64,000 nt of DNA from Squalus acanthias (GCA_030390025.1 CM059438.1:82770001-82834000), one strand, 5' to 3'; shown: positions 24,619 to 38,685, counted from the stretch's first letter. Numbers and translations: made by a program. Notes: generated from the sequence alone by a model not told the origin.

Positions 24619-27600
24619 AGTGAAGTTACTAAGAAATAGTTACAATTTATTTTTAAACCATATACTCTCATGACTACCTAACACCTAATCTTTGTGACAC
24701 CAGGCCGGGTGAATCTGTGCTAGGCACGGTGTGACAAGCTTAAAATTGCAAACACCTATCACAGCGCCACCTACATACATAATGGGTACTGCAGGCAATG
24801 GGATGGGTTTATCCAGGGGGACAACATTCCCTTGAAAGCTTTCAATGAAACCCATGCTCCAAATACCGAATAAAGTATATATAGGTTTTAGAAATTAACC
24901 TGAAATCTGCAAATATTCCCTTTGGGGAAAAAAAGGAATACTGCTCCCTTAACATATTTTGGGTATGAATGCAATCATTTGTAGCAAGGATAAAACAATG
25001 AGATTTTATAATTATTGTGGAAAATCTGTTTCAAATTATCTTACCCCCAAACTCCCACTGAATTGAAGCATGCCGCTGTATAAAAATGCTTTACATGTTG
25101 TTGGGGCATTAGGATGAATGTTTTACAGATTTCATTTTCAGGAGAGTATTGCACTGATTTAGGCAAATGACTGAAAGCACATTACTGCGTTCAGTTGCCA
25201 GTGCTCTGTGAGGAATATGACATTTATTTTTGGCTGATGTATAGATAATTAGTGTGGGAAAACATGGACACATGCCCAGACATTATATTACACAGATGTT
25301 CAGATAGAGGTTTAAGTTATCAAACAGTGCACAAAATATTGTAATATATTAAAATTGCGCAATAGTTTCTGGTTGTAAAAAAGTTCTTGAACGGGTAAAA
25401 AATGGACTCAGTGAAAGCAATGAGCTGGCTCTGCCAGTTGTTAACCTCTCGGCGTCTTACACCTTTAAATACACAATTCTTCCTTCATTTTTCTTCGCTT
25501 TATATATACCTATGAAATATAACAAACTCCACAAGGGAATCTTTTACTTCAGCTTCTTCTCCATTAAGAGCACATTGCATCATCTCACTACATGAATCCA
25601 ACTTCCCACACCCTTATATTGAGCTCCCTACACTCTAATTTAAATTGTTTTTGTCATATCATTTAGAACAATCAAGATTTTATGTTGCTCCCTCTTGCAT
25701 GCCAAACAGGTTCTCCATAATCATTATGTTTGGCTTGAGCCTGTTGGCCTGAGTTAGTATATTGTTCTCCATTCCAGACTTGCAGTCCCTACCAGGTCTT
25801 GGTTGCATAAGTAGCAGGAATGCGTTCTCAGTCACTGATCACCATGACCACCACTTCTGGTGCCAATGACATGACCACAACCTCATTGCCAACAAATTCT
25901 GTGCAAATTTCCAGGAAAAGTTCAAAAAGAACTGACTCTATAAACTGCAAAAGGTCACAAAGGAATGGCTGTTAGATCAGAAGCAGCAACATTCACAGAA
26001 CACTACAAGTTATCTCAAATGTTCTCTTTGTGCTATTGTGCTCATGCTAACTGGTTGTATCTAGACTTGCTTTGAAATCCATTGTCCCTCGATGGAACTG
26101 AACATTACCCATTATGAGCTGTAGAAGCTCCCTCCCCTGGCCTATGTGATCATGTAACTTAAAGTTCCTGATCTGGAACAATTCCTTTTTTTGGTGGCAT
26201 TAGTGGCTGCTGGAGGTATCGGTGAGTTGGTTACCCAGCTGTTCCATCTTTATACTATAGGTGGGGTGCTGTTCTGGAATGGGAAGACCTTTGATGCAAC
26301 CATGAACTGTGCTCTTAAAAGGGTAGGAAAGATGCAGTGCGAAGTTTTCTTTGGAGATAGGAAGTAATTTCTTGGCTTACAGAAAATTTATATGTAAAGA
26401 AGTAGCTTTTGTATACATCTATCTTAAATCTGTAACACCGTAGTATTAAATGATAGAACTGGGAGAATGCACAGAACACTTCTACTTGTTAGGATATTCT
26501 GAATAAACCAGAAAATTGTTTTTTGGGATGGGTAAATGGTAATTGTTGAAAGGATTTAGAAAAAACTTTCAATTCTACTCGAGTATTGTTCGTTCTGCAT
26601 GGTTTAATATCGTCATGTTAGCCTTGGTTAAAACTACATTCAGATTCACCTCTGGTAATATTTGACTTGTTTGCAAGAATAGAATATTGTCAATAAAAAA
26701 ACTATATGTGTGCTAGTGAGCTAATTGGTCGATAGTGTGGTTTCCCACTCCAGTGACCTGTGATTGCTGATAACCATGTGACTATTTGCTCCAAATTGGT
26801 GCTTCTAGCATTGCTGAATCTTCCAGCAGGCTTTTCCTGGTATTACTAATTGTATTCACCCTTTTCTTAATTTTTAAAAATCTTTCCAGCTCGTATTAAC
26901 TTTTAATTTAAGTTTCTAATTATTCCTCCTCCTGAATTTGGTTTACAGTGCTGCTCCTCTGATAGTCGCGGTCTCAAGGGTCCAACTCTGGAGTTTCGTT
27001 CAGCTTTCTGTTCAATTTACTTCAAGTTTTGATATTTAATTCAGATTTGATTTCCATATTGATAATATTTCTTGGACTAGATTTGTCTCCCTGTGCTATT
27101 CCTGTGGCCTTGGGATCATTGCAGATTTCCAGATCCTGGTGTGTGACACCAAAGGTGCTGAAATGTCTTCAGTTTTCTTGGCACCATGTTGCACTCCCCA
27201 CCTTCTAGCCCCATGTAAAGGGACAGACTGGCATTTCTAATGCAAGAAGAACTCAAATAGTTTAGCTTCCTCCCCCTCACACACAACTAGGACCCGTTAC
27301 TTACCCCTGAGGGACATCCAACAGGACAACTTCAGAGGGAACCACACGCACTGGAGGGGCTTTTCCTTTGTCTACAACCACTATTTATTAACCACCAGGC
27401 TCTCAGAAATAATACAATATTTTTCTCTTTGCATTTTATTCGGAGCTTTTAGTGGGAATGTATAGTAACTTAGTTAATTCAACAAGTTAGCTTCCGTGAA
27501 GAATATTTATCAGCTATCAGAAACCATGCTCTAGGCCCTGGACTACCTGTGAGCAATGCCATGGAAGATCTGTTAGTTTAATCTCCGGAATAGTAAAATA

Positions 27601-29814
27601 ATTTAAAAAAATTTAAAATACATAGGGCCAGATGAGGTGTGACAATAAGGAGCTGCTGTTGAAAAGTTAGGAAATTCAACCGTAGTGATTAATTCTCCAA
27701 TTAAAATTTACAGGCCCAATTCAGTTAATGATTTACTCTTAAACTGCCATAACCTTAATCCCTGATAGGGGAAATGACATACAATCCCTCATAGAGAACA
27801 GTTTCTTGCTCAGTGAGTTGTTACACTGTACCTCTTTAGCTGTTGCTAAACCTAGTGCCAAACAGCACAGCAAGTTCCAACATGTGCTGACTTGCCTTGA
27901 CAATAACCCGGCTGAAAAATCCCTATCCTGTTTTACTTCCTGCTTATTTCAGATACAGTTTGATGGATTCTGCAATTATTTTTTAGAATGATTTTGTAAT
28001 GTTCCAACAAACACTGAATTGTCTACCAAATGTAACAAAATTTCTGGTAATTTTATGAGTTTATGATTAGCGCATTACTGTTTGACATAAAGGAACGTAG
28101 CCATATTAGAAAAATGTATGGCAAAATACTTTTTTTAGTTCCCATTTTAACCATGTTTTATTCAAATAACGGCAGAGAATTCTACATGAGAATGTGGTAG
28201 TGGGATATTGTAACCTAGGGCTATATCATTTTATAAAACCATATCTATTATTTAGAATACATTAGATAGAAAAAATATTCCCTGTAGCCTCAACTTCAAA
28301 AGAGCGTATGTCTTTAATGTGCATTAGTGCTGTAGAAAGTCTATTAAAATAATGTAACCCGATTGGGTAGAGAGCAGGCGTTAATCCCCAATAGATGTTC
28401 TAAGAACTGAATTTAAATTTGAAAAACGATACTGTGAGTGTTCTTGAGGAACCGTGTCACTCAACTATCTACTAACGGCTGTAGTGTAGGAACGTGCAGG
28501 TTCTAATTACTAATGAGGACCTCGATCTAATTAAAGCATAAGGCGATGTTCCTGACTATTGCCTCGTGTTGTAATTAGCTCTCGATTCCCTTTTCCAGCA
28601 TGGAGCCTGTGAGTTTCAATGCTTGAACCAAAGAATGGAATAGAAAACACAATGCTTGAATCAGCTGCCAAAGATTAATCGTACCAAAAAATCAAACTGA
28701 TGTACATCTACTGGTGCACACATAGTATGCGATTAACTCTGGTTGTGGCCAGTACATGCGCAGACATTTGTTGCTGCTTGACCTGTTTTTGCATTAGTCT
28801 TCTGAATCCCTACATGTCTAATTAGGACACGAGAAAGACCTGGCCCACTTACTGTACCAAGAACTAGCCCGTGGGTATTTTTTAAGGGGCTTTCAGTAAT
28901 ACATTTGCATCTTTGCCTGGGGTCTGAATAAAGAATCACCTAAAGAAAATCCTAATAAACCATAATGAGGTTGCAATGGCTGGTAATGGTACTGTCCCTT
29001 GCCACTGTTTGTGATCACTGAAGCTTGCCAGTGGTCTGTGGACCACCGTTCACTGGCTGTGTGCCCACTCGGGCGAAAGGTCACAGGAATAGGTGATAGA
29101 CCTTGTTTACCAATTATCACATTTCCCAGTGGGCTGTCACTTCAAATGACACTTTCCAGAAATGTCAGCATTTCAACAGGGCAGTGATTAATTTTGGTGT
29201 GCCTGATGAAATGTCTACAAGATGTTTGTTTCGGTTATCTTCTCCCGCTGCACTGTTTCACAACTGTCAGCCTCTTCTACTTGACACTCTCAAACTCAAG
29301 ACATGGGGAAGAAGCTACCTGATCTGACAGGGCCCTTGTGTAGAAAATGAGTGTCTTTGTTTTTCCCTTTGCTCTTCTCAAAGGTGGACGATCAGCTCAA
29401 ATGGTACAGAAGGTATACTCCTCTTCTCCTAGTATGTAACTCAAAGCTCAATACAGTATATGGAATATTTTAATTTGGAAAGCAGCTGAAAAAAACATTT
29501 CTCCTGCAAACCAGTGGGGTTTTGCTCACAGTAAGTGTTGAAGTGTTTTTCCAACAATGGGGCAGGTTGTGGAGTTAAAATCATTTTTTTGAAAAAAACC
29601 TGCACGTGTGTTCATGTATATGCAATTCTTTTAAATAGAACTTAAATAAAATTGAACTGTTTTGACTCTACAATTCTCCCAGTGCTGGAGTAGCACTGTA
29701 CCGCCTGACCTCTGACATGTGGTAGGAGGGGGAGAAGGAGGAGGGGAAGGTAAGGGATGGGGCTTATAAAACATGAATTAACCCCTACTTAAGGCACTAT
29801 TTGTGACTACAAAT

Positions 29815-29930
29815 TACAGCTCGGTTCAATTGATAGCATTCTTGCCTCTGTGTCAGAAGGTTGTGAGTTCAAGCCTCACTCCAGAATTTGAATTCATAAT
29901 CTAGGTTGACCGTCCATTGCAGTGCTGCAT
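29815..29930 (+). mobile_element. DeuSINE-like tRNA-derived head fragment
   Basis: gatagcattcttgcctctgtgtcagaaggttgtgagttcaagcctcactccaga is the reverse complement of the 39270-39330 segment. Confidence 0.65.
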
Positions 29931-30009
29931 CGTTACTTCACCACAGCTATAAATGTGAAAGGAAGTGCTTGTGAAGAATAATGTGTGTGTTTTAAAGAAA
30001 AAAGAAAAA

Positions 30010-30180
30010 AAACTGCAAATGCTGGAACACTGAAATAAAAATAGAAAATGCTGGAAATAAATGGCATTTCGGTCAACATCTGTACAGTGAAAAGACAAGT
30101 TTCTGGTGCAGGGTGTACACCTCAAGAGTTACACCTGTCTTGACAGATACTGACTGTATTTCCAGCATTTTTTATTTTTT
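30010..30180. mobile_element. Decayed fold-back repeat, probably Penelope-derived
   Basis: Inverted arms aaaatgctggaaata (30045-30059) and tatttccagcatttt (30157-30171). Similar to 34050-34156. Confidence 0.5.
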
Positions 30181-32318
30181 GTGATTTTTGAAGTTTATCT
30201 ACTGGGACAAAACCTGTTTAATTGTTGAAAATAATTAGCCTGAAGACAATTTGTGGCATTTGTTTCTATACATCATGCCTTTGGAAATAGCTGGAAAGTC
30301 TTCAATAATGCTTTCAATAATTATTACGTTATTAATGTAAACGATGTTTAATGTGTACAAGTTAATATATTAATGGCATGTTAATTGCCATACATGTCAA
30401 GCACCCCAAGGCAGGTTTTAAAATGCACCATGTAATGTGTCATAGAAAAAATCACATGCCTTGAAGTTCATTTGGAATATTTGAATGTAAAAGTTTACCT
30501 GTATCTTACATAACGGGCATATCAGAAATACTGAATCATTGCTGTTTACAGTAATCTGGTGGTGATTTTACCAACTACCAAATAAATTGATTAAAAAATC
30601 TACCGCCTCGTTTCTAACTTATTTCTTCACATGACCGCGTGATAGTTTCATGATGAGGATGGGTTGGTTAAGTGTGTTGTGTAATACACTATTTAAGAAT
30701 TTTTGCTCTCGTCTTGCACCAATTTTCCTGTAATATTATGTGCTGTATTGGCGTGGTGGAGTAATATCTGTGCTATTTCACATATGATACATTACTTTAA
30801 TGTGATAATTGCATTGTTGTTACATTAAATGTTAGGTTACTAATACAATATTAATGTTTAAAAAAAGCCAATTTTGGAATTCCAAATATGGCTATTTATG
30901 GATGTGAAAATATCTTGTTTTAATCGATGTCATAGTTTCCACACCTTTGAACTTTTAAAGTAAGATGAGCAAATGCAGCAGGCAAATATCTGCCCAGTTG
31001 TCCTAAAGTATGTAACTGTTTAATAAAATAGTTAGTTATCACATCTTTTTGTTTTAGATCAGCAGGGTTGCTACTTTACAACTCTCTGAATTACACCTCA
31101 GTGATGAAAGTAAACAAGCGTCAGATTAGAGGTCCGATAAACCCACAGATCTAAGGGATTGAGAGCAGAGAGTGAGAGAGCACAGTACACCAGAGCGTAT
31201 TGACGACCTGATTCTGTTATATCAGTGCAAAGTTATAGCCGCCAGGAGAGTCTATACTACTCTATTTAACACGATTTTGTAAAGAGTATGAGGAAGCAGG
31301 TGGATTTATTAAGTTCCTCATAAGTTTCTTGCTTGACTTTTACTGTTGAGTTGTACAGTCTGTAATATTTGTTGGCAGCTTACTGGATTGGCAGGACCTG
31401 GATCATGAGGCTCTAAAGTAAATTTAATTACAGTCTGTGCTGTAAAAACCCAGTAAAAAGGAAGTGCAATAGTAAAGGCTGTACATACTGAGGTACTGGC
31501 TGTGAAATTAAAGCTGTGCAAAAAAAGAGTCCATTATGGAAACAAATATTCTGCATGTTACAATTGTACTGAAAAATCATCATATATAACATTCTCCAGA
31601 CTGGTTCACCTATCACTGATTTCCTAGAAACATCCCCATATCCAACGAATAAATCCTAGTCCTTCAGTAATTTGGATTGCGGAATGTTTTGGATTAATGA
31701 ACATTTTTGACTTTGATTTTTTGCAAATAGCAGTCAGTAAAATATGGAGGGAGTGGTGATTTAATCAAACAGCCTTACATCCACTCTTCAGGCCAGCCTA
31801 GAGTTAGAACATAAAGGATATAATGAAATATGCAAGAAGAAAAGGAGATTTGGCTCATCCAATCCACAGGTTATATTTTATATCCTCATCAATTTGAATT
31901 TAATATATTTCAGAACATATAAATGGTTAATCCACAGCAGTTTCACCTTTATTTTCTTTGTTTATTCCACGAGGCAGAACTCCTCTCTGCTTCCGAGCCT
32001 ACACATTTAATGAAACATTATAAAACTGGCATCTGGAGACCTCAGAGGACATCTCTGGGAAGCTTGAGTTTGGGCAGTTGGGTAATCATTTTTATTCTGC
32101 TTATTTTCCAAATGGAAATAGACATGTATGATAAAAATGTCATCCACACTCTAGACATTGTCCTCGGTAACAGAATTAGATGTCAGTTCTTAATGTCTAG
32201 CTCTGTTTTTCTTTTCTATGAACGGATGCATTATTGCTCACAGGAACTTGACTGTAATATATGGTAAGAGACAAGTAGCTCTTTATGGCCAGTGATTATT
32301 CGGTTTGAATGAAACCTG

Positions 32319-32328
32319 TGATTTATGG
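32319..32328 (+). promoter_or_regulatory. Pbx-Hox consensus site TGATTTATGG
   Basis: Exact TGATNNATKR match. A second TTTATGG is at 32282 and a Meis-type CTGTCA at 32570-32575. Function is untested. Confidence 0.4.
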
Positions 32329-33299
32329 CCATTTAACAGAAAAGTCTTGTAAATTCCCAGTGTTGCATTTTTCCTCCATACAGAACAAGACAAGTGAAAG
32401 TGACAACTGGGTTAGCCTGGAAAGTGGAATGCGTAGTGCTTCAGAATGTGTTATACTTAATAAACCTGACATGAGAAACGTGCACATACAGTACCACACC
32501 GATGCTTTATGCAAGAGTGAAAGTGACATTAGCTCTCAGACTCACACAGTGTATGTTCAGCTAACAGTGCTGTCAATGCACATCTGTTCCATCAACGGTT
32601 TGGACAGGAAGGCAGCACCTGGGCCTACCAAAGGCAGCTTTTCAAAGCTATTACAGATCAGATTTGTTTAGAATGTATTGTCCTTAAAAACACTCTCATC
32701 TTCAGAGGAAAATAATTGAGTACTTGAAAAAATCTTTTTAATTCTAGTAATTAGTCTTCCAAGGAAATAGACTGCATCTGTTTTATTTTTAATATTACGG
32801 TTACCAATTTCCAGAAATTGCAGTGAGGTCAAATGGGAATGAGACCATAACTGGCTTTCCCACCAGGCCTTCTCATTCTTGAAAAATGTTGAGATTTAGG
32901 TGTGAACATTTGGGCAGTGGATTTGCATGCCCAAGGCCTCTGGTCTAATGCCTAATACTGGCTTATCTCATTTGAGGTATGTAAGGTCACTCTGGGGGTG
33001 GGGTGGGTGCAGAAATGCTATAGCATCTTTCTGTAGGATGCTATTTCATTTTCTTATATTAAGCGGGGCTTTGTAATCCTAACATACATTCTGTGGCCTC
33101 AAAAAAATGTAAATGTAATTAGAACAAAAACCCAGTATAGAAAATATAGCATCTAGCAAAACTATTCATTTCCAAACAGAAAAATAATACAGAAATTGTT
33201 GCAATTTTAAAAACAGAAAATTTGCTGTGAAAGGTGGAATAGAGTGAAGTTAGAAACATAATTTTGGTAAATAATTGTTAGTAGCTGTACGTTTTTATG

Positions 33300-33530
33300 C
33301 CCCTAAACGCTCAGTGTGTTAATTCACTGCCTTGTGTGTCATTCGGCCATATAGACCAGGAGGAACAAACATTCAATGCGTGGTGCTGTTAACTGATTAC
33401 CCGACAGGGTGGTGATAGGAGCAGCCATTAACTTCAACATCTGAGCTAGGGAGAGGAAAAGAGAGGCAGGGCTCTTGCTATTGATTGCTGTCCAGTGACC
33501 CTCTGCTGGAAAGAGTCTGTGGGTGTTGGG
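33300..33530 (+). mobile_element. Ancient SINE copy (AmnSINE2-like)
   Basis: gccatatagaccaggagg...gctagggagaggaaaa...tccagtgaccctctgctggaaag, homologous to 40275-40470. Confidence 0.5.
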
Positions 33531-34049
33531 TTAAAGAAATGTAAAAATCCAGTTTAGGGGGTCTAGTCCTCTTCCCTAGATTGGAGCCGATGGGGCCCAC
33601 TTCTGCCCTTTTGGAACCGGTATGCCTCATTTCATTGGGTGTACCTGCCTCCAGTCTTACGCCAGCTCCCTTATGGGCCAGGGAAGCAAAACTCCCAGCA
33701 TCGGGAGGCCCCGCCTCCTCCACGTCACTGGCCTTGTAAGGGGTGAGAAGTGGCCAAGCAAGAAACCCCAACTACGATCGGGACCCAGGGTACACTGTCC
33801 TAGCCTTTTTCCAAGCTGTTCTACTGGACTCTCACCAGAGTTATGGCAGGCATCTAGGAGAACGTCCAAGGGAATTTGGCCCCTTACTGTCTTGACTCAC
33901 ACTTTTAAGAAGCCACTTTTGTGCGTCACTGTAGTGCTGCCTGCACATGCAGAACTGTACCTTCAGATGAGTCAATACTTCTAGGAGAGAGAAGGGGGAA
34001 AAGCTTGAGGTAAAACTACACCATTAAATGTAAAAAAAACAGACCACAT

Positions 34050-34156
34050 TAACAGAAAATCTGAAATCGTGAAATTCTGGAAGTGCGTTGTGGGGTAAGT
34101 CAGCATCTGAATGAAGAAGGTGGGTAAATATTTAGGATGTAACCCTTCATCAGGGC
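34050..34156 (-). mobile_element. Decayed Penelope-type repeat with a broken hammerhead core
   Basis: The minus strand reads cCTGATGAagggttacatccTAAAtattt, with GAAA mutated. Confidence 0.5.
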
Positions 34157-36023
34157 TGGCAGTCAGGCTCAAAAACTCCTTTTATGGGGCTGACAAGGTA
34201 AAATTGGGATATGTCCAAGAAAATAAAGAAGGGAAAGGAGAATAGTATTTTTTATTTAGTAAATTGAATTTCTGGTACTACCCAGGAAAAGGTGCTTTAA
34301 ATGGCAAGAAAATCCAGTTTCCTCGATGTTCATATGTTTCCCCACTGTAATATGCCGTTAAAATCTCCTGGATCAAACCCAATGTGTATATGCAAGAAAG
34401 TCCTTTTATTTCAAATTCTGCAGTACAATATAGCCTCGGTGGGTTCTAATCTGCTTATTTATAAATCAAAAACTTTCCATGTATTAATGCGTTGTTAATG
34501 AGCAGTTGAAAATCTCTGAATTGCAGTCAGATTATTAAAAGTGAATGCCCTTGTAATCATACAATTTGAGTGGGATTTGGGTGGTTTTCACATCTGCTGT
34601 TTTGAATTGAAAAGGATGTGAGTTTCTTTGGAGAATGCTTTGTAATATTTTTGACCTGTAATTTATTTATTGGCCTTTGAATGCAGTGTTCTATGCAGAT
34701 GCACATTCCCATTATCCAAGAGGGCAGGTGTGCTGCATATTGAAAGACTGCTAATTAGGATTTGCTGAGAGATGAGCAAAACCCAGTGTCATCAGAAAAG
34801 CAAGTGCACTGTTAAACAATGTTTCAGTATTTTCAGCATGTATTTTGGCCGGCATACAAGCATATTAAAATGAATGTACAATTTGAGCATTAGCAGTAGA
34901 TTAGCAACAGTTACACATTGTATTTTGCCCACCAGGATAAAAGAGGAAGATAATGTCACATGAATTTAGATACTTGTGTTGAAAGTATTACTAATACTCT
35001 GTGCACAAATAAGATTATCTAGAAGAGCTCTTCAAACTTTGGAGCCTTATATCATTGGTTTGGTTGTTTTAAACTTGGGTATCTGCATTGTTTAGTATCC
35101 AGACATAGGTAGTGTGGTGTTTTATACTTGGTTGTCGTGTTTGTACCTTAGTATTACCATCTGATGCTCTGAACCTGAGTATCTTTGGTGTTTTTGCTGT
35201 CTGGGTTTGTGGTGATATAAACGCCAGAATGTATGTTTTTTTTATACCCATTTATGTGTGGTGTTTTATATACTTGGTGCCTCTATCTGTGCCAGTTTAA
35301 ACTTGGGTATCTGTGGAATGTATTGTTAGCTTTTTTGAATGCTTTATGGAGTAGGTTTTTGTGTACGATGAGGGGATGGAAAAATGGTGCAGAATTTAAT
35401 TCTTTCATTGTTTCTAAATTGAGACTAATGAAATGTGCTAACATATTTCAGTATAACCTTTTGTTAATCTCTACTGGATTACTGATTCTATGTAGTAATA
35501 AATAATATTCCATCTGCGTATTACTATGTATCCAGATCAAAACAATTTCCAAATAGGGAATTGACATCTATTAGTCTTCTAAAAGGTAGCCTAATACCAC
35601 AGTGATTTAACTGTAAATATATCTCTAAATATTTAGTTAAACATTATTATTTTTGTACTCTGGTGCCATTTAGCCCTTTCAGTACAATGGTTTCAGCCAC
35701 ACTATACTTGCTAACTGCTGCATCTTGGCATCCAATTCTACATAGCCATAGATTTTTTTTTCTCTAAAATACGTTCCAATATCCTTTCTGGTTAGTTTAG
35801 CCTTGACATAATGGTAACACTCGTGTATATCTGAACCTTTGGCAGGTTATAGATGTTACTGTCATGTAAGCTTCATTCCACACAGATTGTGCAATTCGGT
35901 GTGTAAATAAAATAAACACAGGCAGAGCCTGAACACAGATATTGCGCTGTTTGTAAGATGGCAAGGTTGGTGCCCATAGAGGCTCATGTGTAATAGTTCG
36001 ATCAACACTTGTTTCACAACTGA

Positions 36024-36362
<339 letters not shown>

Positions 36363-37099
36363 TGAGCATCAATGGAAGCAGTTTTAGTAGTAGCACTGTC
36401 TATGAGAATGTTACAGGAAGGGCAGTTTAACCATTGTTAATGTTTGTTGTGCCTGCTGTCTACAGTTCTTCTTTGATTATACCTGGATTATACTGTAAAT
36501 TGAAGACTGGAACTGCTCTGAAACCAGTTGAAATCCATATTGTGCTGTACAGTTTAATTATCACCAACTCATTGTGAACTTGAGCAAACTGGAACAGTGT
36601 TTGACTGGAACAGTTGTCTCCAGCTGTACTGTTTTGTTGTGCCAATTTCTGGACAAAAAAAACCTGTGTTTTTGCTCAATTTGCCCTAAAACCCACACTG
36701 CCCTAAAACCCTCGAGTCTGCATGTCAGCTGTTGTGGATTTGGAAGTGGAAATGAAACAAGCAGATTCTGAGAGGGAGACTTAGATTCCTGGCATCGGAA
36801 GAGTGAACTGTCCATATTTCTGTAAATGGGCTTCAGTACTTCACAGAAAAATGCCTTGTATTCTTTTTGTTTGCATCTTTTTTTCATGTAACATAGCAAA
36901 TCAAGGGATTGAAGTTAGTAATGGATACGTTAGCATGCTCGTATGAAATAAAATTTCTTTGCTGTTTTCTCGAAGTTGTTACCTATTTCATATGAACATA
37001 TTAACACATTTATTACTAACATCAGACTGCTTAATAAAAGTCGTCTTTATAAGCTCAGGCCACTTTAGATGAATAGGCTACAGCACCGTGCAGTGTTCT

Positions 37100-38685
37100 G
37101 AGATGAATACTTTGCGTCTGTCTTCACAAAAGACAGGGACGAGGCAGACATTTTAGTTAAGAAGGAGGAGTGTGAAATATTAGATGATATTGAGAGAGGA
37201 AATATTAAGGGGTTTAGCATCTTTGAAAGTAGATAAATCGCTAGGCCCGCATGAAATGTATCCCAGGCTGTTAAGAGAAGTAAGGGAGGAAATAGCGGAG
37301 GGTCTGACCATCATTTTCCAATCCTCTCTGGCTACAGGCGTGGTGCTGGAGGACTGCTAACATTGTACCGTTGTTTAAAAAGAGAGAAAGGGATAGACCG
37401 AGTAATTACAGGCCAGTCAGCCTAACCTTGGAGGTGGGGAAATTATTGGAAAATATTCTGAGGGACTCTTTTAATCGTCATTTAGAAAGGCACGGATTAA
37501 TCAGGGACAGTCAGCATGGATTTGTTCAGGGAAGGTCGTGTCTGACTAACTTTATCGAATTTTTTGAGGAGCTTACAAAGAAGGTCGATGAGGGTAGCAT
37601 ATTTGATGTAGTCTACATGGATTTTAGCAAGGTTTTTGATGAGGTCCCACATGGCAGACTGGTCCGAAAAGTAAAAGCCCATGAGATCCAAGGGAAAGTG
37701 GCAAGTTGGATCCAAAATTGGTTCAGTAGCAGGGAGAAAAGCATAATGGTCGACTGGTGTTTTTATGACTGGAAGGCTGTTTCCAGTGGGGTTCCACAAG
37801 GAAGCTGCAGACTGCAGGAAGATATCAGTGGACTGGTCAGGTGGGCAGAAAAGTGGCAAATGAAATTCAATCCGGAGAAGTGTGAGGTAATGCAGTTGGG
37901 GAGGGCTAACAAGACAAGGGAATACACAATAAATGGTAGGATACTGAGAAGTGTAAAGGAACAGAGGGACCTTGGAGTGCATGTCCACAGACCTCTGAAG
38001 GTAGCAGAACAGGTAGATAAGGTGGTTAAGAAGGCATACGGGATACTTTCCTTTATTAGCTGGGGCATAGAATCTAAGAGCAGGGAGGTTATGTTAGAAC
38101 TGTATAAAACACTAGTTAGGCCACAGCTAGAGTACTGCGTACAGTTCTGGTCACCACATTACAGGAAAGATGTGATTGCACTCGAGAGGGTACAGAGGAG
38201 ATTTACGAGGATGTTGCCAGGACTGGAGAAATTTAGCTATGAGGAAAGATTGGATAGGCTGGGGTTGTTTTCTTTGGAACAGAGGAGGCTGAGGGGAGAT
38301 ATAATTGAGGTGTATAAAATTATGAGGGGGCCTAGATAGAGTGGATAGGAAGGACCTATTTCCCTTAGCAGAGAGGTCAATAACCAGGGGGCATAGATTT
38401 AAAGTAATTGGTAGAAGGATTAGAGGGGAGTTGAGGAGAACATTTTTCACCCAGAGGGTGGTGGGGGTCTGGAACTCACTGCCTGAAAGGATGGTAGAGG
38501 CAGAAACCCTCATCGCATTTAAAAAATACTTGAAAATGCATTTGAAGTACCGTAACCGACAAGGCTACGGACCAAGAGGTGGAAGGTGGGATTAGGCTGG
38601 ATAGCTCTTTTTCGGCCGGCACAGACACGATGGGCCGAATGGCCTCCTTCTGTGCCGTAAACTTCTATGATTCTGTGATTCTATG
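37100..38685 (+). mobile_element. CR1 LINE, 5'-truncated, RT catalytic segment deleted
   Basis: The 322-aa ORF has NYRPVSLT, QHGFVQG, YMDFSKVFD, then SGVPQGS fused directly to CRLQEDI, and LEYCVQFWSP. The tail is ttctatgattctgtgattctatga. Confidence 0.95.

Noticed and set aside
29815-29930. tRNA gene
   Set aside because: The A/B-box-like sequence continues into a SINE body and cannot form a full cloverleaf.
37371-38339. 322-aa ORF as a functional reverse transcriptase or domesticated gene
   Set aside because: It lacks the FADD catalytic segment, starts at TTG, and is flanked by frameshifted CR1 sequence.
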